64,000 bases of DNA from an uncultured cyanobacterium (GTDB taxonomy: Bacteria; Cyanobacteriota; Cyanobacteriia; Pseudanabaenales; Pseudanabaenaceae), in the NCBI GenBank assembly GCA_963703315.1, contig OY969811.1:2784001-2848000 (forward strand), written 5' to 3'. Every line of letters begins with the position of its first letter. Position 1 is the first letter of the stretch. This document shows positions 47,557 to 56,657 of this stretch, one piece after another. The notes beneath the pieces were generated by a model, which did not search any database, was not told the origin of the DNA, and saw only the letters and a program-made list of their open reading frames with translations. The position numbers and the translations under genes are program-made.

Positions 47557-49317
47557 ATGCCTAGTCTCAGCCTCAAGCCATCGCACAAGCCGATCAAGAA
47601 TTACTATGAGGTCTTGGAGCAATATACCAAACTGGGGGTTGAGCATGAAGGGGCGGTGAGTAGTGCTTTTCAGAATTTGTTAGATTCCTGTGCGCGGCAG
47701 TTTCAATGGACTTTGATTCCGCAATATGCGATTAAACGCTCGAAAAAGCAACCAATTCGCATCGATGGGGCTTTGGTGGATAGTTACAATTTGCCGCGAG
47801 CTTATTGGGAAGCGAAGGATATCAACGACAACTTAAAGAAGGAAATCCCGAAAAAGTTTGCGGTGGGCTATCCCAAAGACAATATGTTGTTTCAGCGTCC
47901 CGATCACGCCATTCTCTATCAAGATGGCAAGTTGGTGATGGATGCGGATCTCACTAAGGATCAAGATTTAGTCGATATCGTCCGCCAGTTTTTTGAATAT
48001 CGTGCGCCAGCGATCGCGCAATGGGAAAAGGCTGCCGAGGAATTTGGCGATCGCGTGAAGGATCATGCTACGGCTTTGTTGGATTTAATTCGCGTACAGG
48101 AGAAGACTAACAAAAAGTTTATCGATGCTTTTGCGGCGTTTATGTTGCTTTGCCGTCAGTCGATTAATCCGAATCTGGCGGAGTCGGCGGTTGAGGAGAT
48201 GTTGATTCAGCATTTACTAACGGAACGGATTTTTCGGAGTGTGTTTAATAATCCTGATTTTGCACAACGAAATATCATTGCGGTTGAGATTGAGAAGGTA
48301 ATCAATGCCTTGACCTCTAAGCATTTTAGCCGCGCTCATTTTTTGAGTAGTTTGGATCGGTTTTATGGGGCGATCGAGGAGACGGCGGCGACAATTGATG
48401 ATTTTTCGCAAAAGCAGGATTTCTTAAATACGGTCTATGAGAAGTTCTTTCAGGGCTTTTCGACAAAGGTTGCAGATACGCATGGGATTGTGTATACACC
48501 GCAGCCGATTGTAAATTTCATGGTGAAGAGTGTGGAGGAGATTTTGCAACGGGAGTTTGGTAAGTCTCTGGTGGATAAGGGTGTGCATATTCTCGATCCG
48601 TTTGTGGGAACGGGAAATTTCATTATGCGGGTGATGCGCGAGATTGCGGAAATCCAGAAGTTGGCTTTGCCTCACAAGTATGAGCATGAGTTGCATTGCA
48701 ATGAGGTGATGTTGCTGCCCTATTACATTGCTTCGATGAATATTGAGCATGAGTATTTTGAGCAAACTGGAAAATATGAGGCGTTTGAAGGAATTTGTTT
48801 GGTGGATACGTTTGAGGATCAGCGTATTGAGCAGTTGGGTTTGTTTACTCCTGAGAATATGAAACGGGTAGAGAGACAAAGGGAATCAGATTTATTTGTG
48901 GTGATTGGGAATCATCCGTATAATGTGGGACAGTTGAATGAGAATGACAACAATAAGAATCGCAAGTATACGACTAAAAACAAGACTGGGATTGATGATC
49001 GCGTAGCAGCGACCTATGCCAAAGCTTCAAAAGCGACTAATAAAAATGCAGTTTCAGATATGTATGTAAAGGCGATTCGGTGGGCTTCAGATAGAATCGG
49101 TGATGAAGGTGTGGTAGCTTTTGTGACTAATAATAGTTTTATTGATGCTTTAGCTTTTGATGGAATGCGTGAGTTTTTAGAGAAAGAGTTTAGCCAAATT
49201 TATGTTTTTGATTTGGGTGGTAATATCCGCAAACGCACATCCAAACCTGTTTACAATGTGTTTGATATCCAAGTTGGGGTAAGTGTTAATATTTTTATTC
49301 GTAAAAAAATGGAGTAA
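47557..49317 (+). CDS. N-terminal part of a type ISP/IIG-like R-M enzyme (nuclease + N6-adenine MTase)
   Basis: RIDG...WEAKD nuclease motif, HGIVYTPQPIV, ILDPFVGTGNF (motif I). Motif IV reads GNHPY. Confidence 0.88.
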   Translation: MPSLSLKPSHKPIKNYYEVLEQYTKLGVEHEGAVSSAFQNLLDSCARQFQWTLIPQYAIKRSKKQPIRIDGALVDSYNLPRAYWEAKDINDNLKKEIPKKFAVGYPKDNMLFQRPDHAILYQDGKLVMDADLTKDQDLVDIVRQFFEYRAPAIAQWEKAAEEFGDRVKDHATALLDLIRVQEKTNKKFIDAFAAFMLLCRQSINPNLAESAVEEMLIQHLLTERIFRSVFNNPDFAQRNIIAVEIEKVINALTSKHFSRAHFLSSLDRFYGAIEETAATIDDFSQKQDFLNTVYEKFFQGFSTKVADTHGIVYTPQPIVNFMVKSVEEILQREFGKSLVDKGVHILDPFVGTGNFIMRVMREIAEIQKLALPHKYEHELHCNEVMLLPYYIASMNIEHEYFEQTGKYEAFEGICLVDTFEDQRIEQLGLFTPENMKRVERQRESDLFVVIGNHPYNVGQLNENDNNKNRKYTTKNKTGIDDRVAATYAKASKATNKNAVSDMYVKAIRWASDRIGDEGVVAFVTNNSFIDALAFDGMREFLEKEFSQIYVFDLGGNIRKRTSKPVYNVFDIQVGVSVNIFIRKKME

Positions 49318-49324
49318 TATTTTT

Positions 49325-49675
49325 GTGAAGTTACGAGAGATAGTTGAACGAATTTTTATCGATCCTCGAAAGTTAACTACCTATGCACTTGATCCAAGTA
49401 GTTTGAAAGGAGGTAATAAAGCAATTATGTTTCAGAAGCATTTGGGGTTTACACAGGATAACTATCAATTGCTTTTAAATCAGATTCAAGATAAAGTTAT
49501 GGATAGTGAGGCAGTAGTAGGAGTGTATAACGAACATGGACAGAAGTATCAAGTTGATATCTTGATAAGTGGTGTAGCTGTGGGACAACAAGAAATTGTC
49601 AGAACAGGATGGATTGTTAAACCTAATGAAGATTTTGCTAGACTTACAACTTTATACATACGGAGTCGCAAATGA
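49325..49675 (+). CDS. DUF6883-like putative toxin domain
   Basis: IDPRKLTTYALD...G..KA..F...LGFT..N...TGWIV...RLTTLY. GTG start follows a GGAG RBS. Confidence 0.7.
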   Translation: MKLREIVERIFIDPRKLTTYALDPSSLKGGNKAIMFQKHLGFTQDNYQLLLNQIQDKVMDSEAVVGVYNEHGQKYQVDILISGVAVGQQEIVRTGWIVKPNEDFARLTTLYIRSRK

Positions 49676-49989
49676 TTAAGCCAGAGTTATTTGATGTTGT
49701 TGAACTGTTAATTGATTTGCCAGATTTAGAAATCAAGGCTGGAGAACTTGGCACGATTGTTGAAGAACATAATGGTCGGGCTTATGAAGTAGAATTTGCA
49801 AATGATGAGGGTGAAACTCTTGCACTTTTGGCTTTGACTCCTGAGAAGTTTATTGTGGTGTGGAAAAATGAAACTCACTCGTGGGTATCTTTGTCTGATC
49901 GCATTAATGCGATGCTGCAAGTTATTCCAGAAGATGGACAAGAAAAGGTTTTGAATTTTGCTCGTTCTCTTTATAAAACTCCTGCGTAG
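49672..49989 (+). CDS. DUF4926-like putative immunity/antitoxin protein
   Basis: ELFDVVELL.DLP...AGELGTIVE....AYEVEFAN.EGETLAL. ATGA overlap with the upstream gene. Confidence 0.78.
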   Translation: MIKPELFDVVELLIDLPDLEIKAGELGTIVEEHNGRAYEVEFANDEGETLALLALTPEKFIVVWKNETHSWVSLSDRINAMLQVIPEDGQEKVLNFARSLYKTPA

Positions 49990-49991
49990 AT

Positions 49992-51323
49992 ATGACAAAA
50001 GCTAAGATTTACTATGCTCAGGTTGATGACTCTTGGACGAAGCAGGAAAAACTGGGATATCTGGAAAAGTTGGTGCATATTGGGAATGTGCAATGGCAGG
50101 AGATTACGCCCGATGCAAAGCATACTTGGCTGACTGAGGGGTTAGAGGATGAGTTTGATACTTTTATTCCAATTGGCAATAAGGAAACAAAAGATGATTC
50201 TCAAGATTCGGCAATATTTTCAAATTATGGTAGAGGCTTGGAATCTACGCGAGATAATTGGGTTTATAACTATAATCAGGAATCCTTAGCTAGAAATATT
50301 TCTGCTTTTATTAGTACCTATAATCAAGAAGTCTACAAGTGGCATAACGAAAGGAAGCCAGAGGATACGATAGATTCTTTTGTTCTATATGACGATCAGA
50401 AAATAAAGTGGAGTAGTAGATTAAAAGAATGTCTTGCAGCTAGGCATTCTATCGAATTCGAGCAAAGTAAAATCAGAAATTCTCTTTATCGTCCTTTTTC
50501 TTTTCAATATCTTTATTTTGACGAAGTACTCAATCATCGAAGAGGACAATTTCATTATATCTTTCCAAATTTCAAGGTAGAAAAAGAGAATCAGATAATT
50601 TGCTTAGCTGGAATTGGCAATAGAAAAGAATTTGGATGTTTTGCTTCAAATTTAATTGTTGCTTTAGATTTTGCCTTTGAAAAGTCACAATGTTTACCGT
50701 TCTATATCTATGATGAAGATGGAACTAATCGCCGCGAAAATATTACTGATTGGGCATTAGAAAAATTCCAAACCCATTATCAAGATCCCAAAATTACCAA
50801 ATGGGACATCTTCCATTACACCTACGCCCTACTTCATCATCCACACTATCGCCAACGCTACGCCGCCAACCTCAAACGCGAACTACCGCGCATCCCCTTC
50901 GCACCAGAGTTTCATCCCTTTGCCACAGCAGGAAAAAGCCTCACCGAAATCCATATCAACTACGAACAACAACCCGAATATCGCCTCAAACATATTGAAA
51001 ACAAAGACCTCCCAATCGATTGGCGAGTCGAAAAAATGCGCCTCAGCAAAGACAAAACCCAAATCAAATATAACGACTTCCTCACCCTCACAGGTATTCC
51101 CCCAGAAACCTTTGAATACAAACTAGGCAACCGTTCCGCCCTAGACTGGATCATCGATCAATACCAAGTCAGCACCGACAAACGAAGCGGTATCACCAAC
51201 GATCCTAATCGTCTTGATGATGAAGAATACATCGTGAGATTGATTAAGCAAGTAATTACCGTGAGCTTAGAAACCGTTAAAATTGTAAAAGGTTTACCAG
51301 ATTTAGGACTACCAAAGGATTAG
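49992..51323 (+). CDS. C-terminal part (target-recognition domain) of a type ISP/IIG-like R-M enzyme
   Basis: KIYYA, TRDNWVYN, SLYRPF, ITKWDIFHYTYALLHHP.YR.RYA.NLKRELPRIP, YKLGNRSALDWIIDQY. Confidence 0.88.
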   Translation: MTKAKIYYAQVDDSWTKQEKLGYLEKLVHIGNVQWQEITPDAKHTWLTEGLEDEFDTFIPIGNKETKDDSQDSAIFSNYGRGLESTRDNWVYNYNQESLARNISAFISTYNQEVYKWHNERKPEDTIDSFVLYDDQKIKWSSRLKECLAARHSIEFEQSKIRNSLYRPFSFQYLYFDEVLNHRRGQFHYIFPNFKVEKENQIICLAGIGNRKEFGCFASNLIVALDFAFEKSQCLPFYIYDEDGTNRRENITDWALEKFQTHYQDPKITKWDIFHYTYALLHHPHYRQRYAANLKRELPRIPFAPEFHPFATAGKSLTEIHINYEQQPEYRLKHIENKDLPIDWRVEKMRLSKDKTQIKYNDFLTLTGIPPETFEYKLGNRSALDWIIDQYQVSTDKRSGITNDPNRLDDEEYIVRLIKQVITVSLETVKIVKGLPDLGLPKD

Positions 51324-51371
51324 TCAATGTTAATATCTTGATAAGTTCCAGCAAGTTAGGACGGCAAGATT

Positions 51372-51623
51372 ATGAAAAGCCCCATCAAACTTCAGCAAAA
51401 CATCAAGTCATTTATTCGCTCCAATTTAGAAGGCGGCTATGTTGCTGAATGCCTAGAGATATCCGTAGTAACTCAGGGCGATACACTAGATGAAGTGGTC
51501 GATAATCTTTTAGAAGCCGTTTCATTGCACTTAGAAGGAGAAAACCCCGAAGATTTTGGCTTAGTGCCTAATCCATCAATTTTTGTTACCTTTGAGCTTC
51601 AACCCGAATATGTCACAGCTTAA
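51372..51623 (+). CDS. hicB: HicB-family antitoxin
   Basis: GGYVAECLEI.VVTQGDTLDEV..NL.EAV.LHLE. Confidence 0.88.
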   Translation: MKSPIKLQQNIKSFIRSNLEGGYVAECLEISVVTQGDTLDEVVDNLLEAVSLHLEGENPEDFGLVPNPSIFVTFELQPEYVTA

Positions 51624-51849
51624 ACGTCTTTCTGGGAAAGATGCGATCGCTATTTTCAAAAAATTTGGCTTTGAAGTTCATAGTCAACGAGGTAGCCATA
51701 TTAAGTTACGCCGCATCACACCGTCTGGGAAAGAAACCTTGACTATTCCCAATCACCGCGAACTAGCAACAGGAACTTGTCAAGCCCTTTTTCGGCAAGC
51801 AACGCGCTATATTTTGGAATCAGAGTTATTTCCTTATTTCTACGAATAA
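51610..51849 (+). CDS. hicA: HicA-family toxin
   Basis: LSGKD....F.K.GF...QRGSHIKL...TIPNHREL..GT. Confidence 0.9.
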   Translation: MSQLKRLSGKDAIAIFKKFGFEVHSQRGSHIKLRRITPSGKETLTIPNHRELATGTCQALFRQATRYILESELFPYFYE

Positions 51850-51953
51850 TTAAAGATTTTACAAAAAAATATTAGAGCATTATCTGATTATGATAGAGCC
51901 GATTATGTAGATACAACTGATTGGGTGTTAGGGAAAAAGGAACTGGAAGATCT

Positions 51954-52250
51954 ATGAATACATTAGATAGAGAATATATATTAAATGAGTTGCGCGGTTT
52001 GAAATTAGAACTGCGCGATCGCTACAAAGTTACTAAAATTGGCATATTTGGCTCAGTAGCAAGAAATGAAGCGACTGAGGAAAGTGATATTGATATTGTT
52101 GTAGAAATGGAACCAAATATGTTAAAGCGAGTTGGACTTAAACAGGAGTTAGAGAGATTATTTGACAAAGAAGTTGATGTTATTCGTTATCGAAAGAGTA
52201 TGAATCCTTATCTAAAATTAGAAATCGATAGGGAGGCTATTTATGCGTGA
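51954..52250 (+). CDS. Minimal nucleotidyltransferase (MNT) antitoxin
   Basis: IGIFGSVARNEA.EESDIDIVVE. Confidence 0.9.
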   Translation: MNTLDREYILNELRGLKLELRDRYKVTKIGIFGSVARNEATEESDIDIVVEMEPNMLKRVGLKQELERLFDKEVDVIRYRKSMNPYLKLEIDREAIYA

Positions 52251-52473
52251 ACAAGTAGATCTTTTGAAACTATTTTTAGAAATTGATGAGGCAATCAGAA
52301 GGATCGAGCGGCGTTTTAATGGAATTAAAGAGCCAGACGATTTTATTCGTGATATTGATGCCGAACAAATGCGACTCAAAGGAGATTACGATCGCACCGA
52401 ACGACTAGAACCTGAACAAGCAGATATTGATGCAACTGAAATTCGCGACATCATCACAGAATATAACAATTGA
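52243..52473 (+). pseudogene. Degraded or chimeric HEPN (DUF86) toxin
   Basis: DUF86-like start (IRRIERRF..I..PDDF), then DIDAE and RLKGDY fragments. No intact Rx4H motif. Only 76 aa. Confidence 0.6.
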
Positions 52474-52662
52474 AAATTTTGGGCGGCAGCTAAACTTACC
52501 TCTAGCTGGCGGCGAAAGCGATCGCGCTTATCCAATATATAAATTTGGAGGAAAAAACCAATTAAGATTCACTCTTGTGACCTAGATAACGTTTAGAATG
52601 ATCGCTAGTGTCCACAATAAGTATCTGAATAGTGGATAACTGACGAACGAGTATTTGAAGAT

Positions 52663-53832
52663 ATGGCAACAAAGCAAGCAGCAATTTTAGTCTTGGCGGA
52701 TGGTACTTGTTACCGAGGCTATGCCTTTGGCGCATCGGGAACCGCGATCGGCGAAGTGGTATTTAATACAGGCATGACAGGCTATCAAGAGGTGATGACC
52801 GATCCCAGCTACCGAGGTCAAATTGTCACTTTTACCTGTCCCGAACTGGGTAATACAGGCGTAACCCCTGAAGATGATGAGTCCGATCGCCCACAGGTGC
52901 GCGGCGTAATTGCCCGAAATATTACGGCAGTACCTAGCAACTGGCGATCGCGTCAGTCTTTACCCGATTACCTGAAGGCTCATAACGTCGTGGGCATTGC
53001 AGGGATTGATACTCGCGCTCTGACCCGTAAGTTGCGATCGCTTGGAGCGATGAATGGCGGCATCTCTACAGAAATCCTTGATCCCGAAGTATTGCTGACC
53101 CAAGTAAAAGCGGCTCCCTCAATGCAAGGGCAAAATCTTGCTCAAGAAGCATCTACCGCAAGTATTTATGAATGGGCTGATAAAACTTTACCTGAATGGG
53201 AATTTGTCGAAGCTGACCAATTAAAAGGTGAAGCGCTGACCGTTGTGGCGATCGATTTCGGTGTAAAGCGGAATATCCTGCGCCGTCTTGCCAGCTATGG
53301 CTGTCGCGTAATTGTTGTCCCTGCTGATACCCCTGCGGAAAAGATTCTCTCTTACAACCCCGATGGCATTTTCCTATCCAATGGACCTGGAGACCCCGCC
53401 GCCGTTACTCAAGGCATCGAAACCGCTAAGGCTTTGCTAGCTGCGGATAAGCCCATGTTTGGTATTTGTTTAGGACATCAAATTTTAGGTTTATCGATGG
53501 GTGGCGATACCTTCAAACTCAAGTTTGGACATCGTGGACTCAATCAACCTGCCCAAAACCAAGCCGAAAATGCTGATCGCCGCGTGGAAATCACCAGTCA
53601 AAATCATGGCTTTGCACTCACAGGCGAATCCTTTGATGAATCGGCGGCAAAATTGACCCATATTAATCTCAACGATCGCACCGTCGCTGGTTTAGAACAT
53701 AAAACTCTACCCATCTTCTCGGTGCAATATCACCCAGAGGCAAGCCCCGGTCCCCATGATGCTGACTATCTGTTCGAGCGTTTTGTGAACTCCATGCGCG
53801 AACATAAAATTTCTAAGCAGGTTGCTGCTTAG
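52663..53832 (+). CDS. carA: Carbamoyl-phosphate synthase small subunit
   Basis: [50 protein letters not shown]. Confidence 0.98.
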   Translation: MATKQAAILVLADGTCYRGYAFGASGTAIGEVVFNTGMTGYQEVMTDPSYRGQIVTFTCPELGNTGVTPEDDESDRPQVRGVIARNITAVPSNWRSRQSLPDYLKAHNVVGIAGIDTRALTRKLRSLGAMNGGISTEILDPEVLLTQVKAAPSMQGQNLAQEASTASIYEWADKTLPEWEFVEADQLKGEALTVVAIDFGVKRNILRRLASYGCRVIVVPADTPAEKILSYNPDGIFLSNGPGDPAAVTQGIETAKALLAADKPMFGICLGHQILGLSMGGDTFKLKFGHRGLNQPAQNQAENADRRVEITSQNHGFALTGESFDESAAKLTHINLNDRTVAGLEHKTLPIFSVQYHPEASPGPHDADYLFERFVNSMREHKISKQVAA

Positions 53833-53870
53833 CCCTCACCCCAACCCCTCTCCCGTAGGAGAGGGGCTAA
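53829..53870 (+). repeat. CCCTCACCCC...CCCCTCTCCC-type dispersed repeat (same family as 37076)
   Basis: ttagccctcaccccaacccctctcccgtaggagaggggctaa. Confidence 0.85.
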
Positions 53871-53891
53871 AAATCCATTTATAAAAACATT

Positions 53892-54986
53892 ATGCCAACT
53901 CCTGTAGCCACACTTCCCACTGATTCTGAAGGACTGTTGAAACTTTTGCGCCATAAGGAAGGAACTTGGGTGCAGTGGGGAATTGCTTGCCAAATGTTGC
54001 AAAAAATGGGAGAGAACTCCCTAGCAATTTTTGAGAATACTGGCTTTGAACCAATTCAACAAAACCAGATTGTGGTGGCTTCACAGGTTTATGCTAGTTT
54101 GCAAGCAGGTAATGCTAGCGATATTGTATTAGCCCATTTTGAGCAGAAAGGCAGTGACATTCTCAATGAGTTGCGCGTACTCAATCAATCAGAACGAGTG
54201 GCGATGGCAACCTTCGCCCTTGAAAAAAATCTTGATGTTTTGGAAGCGAAGGATATCGTTAAGGCAATTAAGGAAGCTTCCACTGTGGCAAATTTACCCG
54301 AAGGATTTACGCGCCATCCGGGGGATGCAGTGGTATTACAAATCCTGAAAGCAACACAGGGCAAGATTGATCCACAGGAACGCACTAGATTAATTGCGAG
54401 GGGTTTACGCTTTGCCCATAGTGAGAAGGCTCGGAAAGCGATCGAGCAACTGCTGATGGATATGACATCTCCAGCCAAGAAAAAGGCTCCCAACCTCCCT
54501 AATTTTCGTTATGACGGTGAAGATAGTATTCCTCGGATCTTGCCAGTGGTGGGAACTCTACCCCTATCCGTTGAGAAGTTCCAAACAGTTCCCCAAGTTT
54601 CCGAAACTGCTCCCTTTGGAATTGTCCATGCTACTAGTGAAGCGACATGGGCAACTCTACCCGGTTGGTTTGTGGTGCATGGAGCCGAGGATGGTGTAAT
54701 TGTTTCTTGTAATACTGATACTTTGCAAGCAGCGATCGCTCAAGCAGAAGTTGTCAGTGCCATTCCCAATCGGTCTGAGGATATCTTGGTACTAGTCGAT
54801 CGCGCTCAACGGGATTGGGATGAAAGTAGTTACTTTGCCATCGCTGGTGAAGATGGCAGTCTCAAGTTTGCATGGTTTGATACGCAGCCAGAAGTAGAAC
54901 TCTTAGGCAAAATTACTTTAACTTTGCGCCCGAAACGCTTCTTTGACGAAGCCGCATCCCAAGATCGTTGGCAGTTTGAAGAATAA
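53892..54986 (+). CDS. raf1: RuBisCO accumulation factor 1
   Basis: LRHKEGTWVQWG, IFENTGFEPIQQNQI, FTRHPGDAV, LIARGLRFAHS, C-terminal WQFEE. Confidence 0.95.
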   Translation: MPTPVATLPTDSEGLLKLLRHKEGTWVQWGIACQMLQKMGENSLAIFENTGFEPIQQNQIVVASQVYASLQAGNASDIVLAHFEQKGSDILNELRVLNQSERVAMATFALEKNLDVLEAKDIVKAIKEASTVANLPEGFTRHPGDAVVLQILKATQGKIDPQERTRLIARGLRFAHSEKARKAIEQLLMDMTSPAKKKAPNLPNFRYDGEDSIPRILPVVGTLPLSVEKFQTVPQVSETAPFGIVHATSEATWATLPGWFVVHGAEDGVIVSCNTDTLQAAIAQAEVVSAIPNRSEDILVLVDRAQRDWDESSYFAIAGEDGSLKFAWFDTQPEVELLGKITLTLRPKRFFDEAASQDRWQFEE

Positions 54987-55003
54987 TAGGAAAATCAACT
55001 ATT

Positions 55004-55642
55004 ATGTTTGACAGAAAAGCGCACTGGCAAAAGGTTTATCAAAATAAGTCTCCCTTAGAGGTGAGTTGGTATCAGCAAGAGCCGAAACTATCATTGGAAC
55101 TGATCCATCGCACTCAGATTGCTAGAGATGAAGCGATTATTGATGTCGGTGGTGGTGCTTCCGTACTAGTGGATTACTTGCAAAAAGAAGGCTTTACGAA
55201 TTTGGCAGTTTTAGATATTTCTGCAACGGCATTGGATAGTGCTAAAAAGCGGCTGGGTGATTCTGCAAAAAACATCAACTGGTTGGAAGCTGATATTACT
55301 CAATTCCAGCCACCATATCAATTTTCAGTCTGGCATGATCGGGCTGTTTTTCATTTTCTAACGGAAGCATCCGATCGCCAAAATTACGTTAATGCTTTAA
55401 AACAAGGGTTAAGGCAAGGTGGTCATCTGATCATCGCTGCCTTTGCGATCGGTGGTGCAACAAAATGTAGTGGGCTGGAAATTGTGCAGTATGACTCACA
55501 CAAACTGAGTATAGAACTAGGAGAGGATTTTGAATTAATAGAATCAATCAATGAAATCCATATTACCCCAGCAAACCAAGAGCAGAAGTTTGGATATTTT
55601 CATTTCACGAAAGTATCACATAACAAAGGTTTATTTATTTGA
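55004..55642 (+). CDS. Class I SAM-dependent methyltransferase
   Basis: HWQKVY, IIDVGGGAS, LDIS, WHDRAVFHFL. Confidence 0.9.
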   Translation: MFDRKAHWQKVYQNKSPLEVSWYQQEPKLSLELIHRTQIARDEAIIDVGGGASVLVDYLQKEGFTNLAVLDISATALDSAKKRLGDSAKNINWLEADITQFQPPYQFSVWHDRAVFHFLTEASDRQNYVNALKQGLRQGGHLIIAAFAIGGATKCSGLEIVQYDSHKLSIELGEDFELIESINEIHITPANQEQKFGYFHFTKVSHNKGLFI

Positions 55643-55663
55643 TAAATATTAAGTAAAATCATC

Positions 55664-56011
55664 ATGAATGGGAATGAAAACTTTAGAAAAGAGCTAAGAA
55701 ATCACTTAAATCAATTTGAGGTATTTCTTCAACAAAAACTAAAACCTAGAACCATTCATCGACATTTATGCGTGGTTGACACTTTAATTGACTTCCTATG
55801 TTTTGACTGCAATGTAAGCAATTTTCAAGAGATTCATCGCAGTATGGTCTGTAGTCGCTTTCGGCGATGGTATTTCAGTAAGATAGGTGACTTTACCGAA
55901 AGTGAAGTTAATGTATCTGTAAAGAAGTTTTTTTCCTTTTTAGTATGTGAGCAGAAAATTGTGATCGGTAAAGATGTATTAACAGGATTAACTATTAAGT
56001 TAGAACCTTAG
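55664..56011 (+). CDS. Hypothetical protein resembling the SAM-like (core-binding) domain of tyrosine recombinases
   Basis: F..FL...L.P.TI..H...V..LIDFL...SVKKFFSFL pattern, with no catalytic domain. Confidence 0.5.
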   Translation: MNGNENFRKELRNHLNQFEVFLQQKLKPRTIHRHLCVVDTLIDFLCFDCNVSNFQEIHRSMVCSRFRRWYFSKIGDFTESEVNVSVKKFFSFLVCEQKIVIGKDVLTGLTIKLEP

Positions 56012-56028
56012 GAGGCTTAGTATTAGTA

Positions 56029-56481
56029 ATGGCATATAGCGATTTTGATCTAAGAAAGGTTAAGCAGAACCTCGGAGTCAATTTAATTGAAAGGGAGAAT
56101 CTTTTCTCTTCCATTCAAGATTTTAGTATCAGTACATATCTTCAAGAAACTTTAGCAGAAAATATTCCTCTGGCGCGTGCAATTAATACCGAAAAAGCGC
56201 GATCAGAGTTGATTATTGCCAATATTTTAGTTGAGTTGAGAAAAATTCTGGAGCATAAAATTAGCTTATTCTCTGGGATCGAATTTAACGTTGACAAAGA
56301 AAAAGGATTAAATGGGTTTTGTGATTTCATCATCAGTGCATCCACAGAACAGTTAATGTTAAGCAGTCCCATAGTTGCTGTGGATGAAAGTGATGTGTTC
56401 ATTGATTTAGATGAGTATCCAATTGAGAGTCCCAACAAAATTATCGGCATTCTCTTAGCAATGGTGTCTCAAAATGCCTAG
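56029..56481 (+). pseudogene. Cyanobacterial restriction-endonuclease-like protein with in-frame internal deletion
   Basis: MAYSDF..., NTEKARSELII, SLFSG.EF.VD..GLNGFCDF, then a jump from IVAV to DESDVFID. The expected EAK...GQC segment is absent. Confidence 0.55.
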
Positions 56482-56657
56482 CATTGCTACCCAATTTTTA
56501 TACCACCCGCTACGCAGGTGGCACAAAAATCTGGATGCAAGCCTCAATAGGCTGTATGAAGATATATCTCAATTTAATGCTGAACTCAATTAAATTAGTC
56601 AATACTATAACATTCAAGATAATTAAACTTTACTTAATAATTAATGACAGTATTGTG

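Noticed and set aside
52520..52645. DnaA-box-like words (ttatccaat, tgtccaca, gtggataac) upstream of carA, considered as oriC
   Set aside because: There are only a few mismatched boxes and no dnaA/dnaN context.
55664..56011. Integrase marking a prophage or integron
   Set aside because: It is only 115 aa with no R-H-R-Y catalytic domain, and no phage genes lie nearby.
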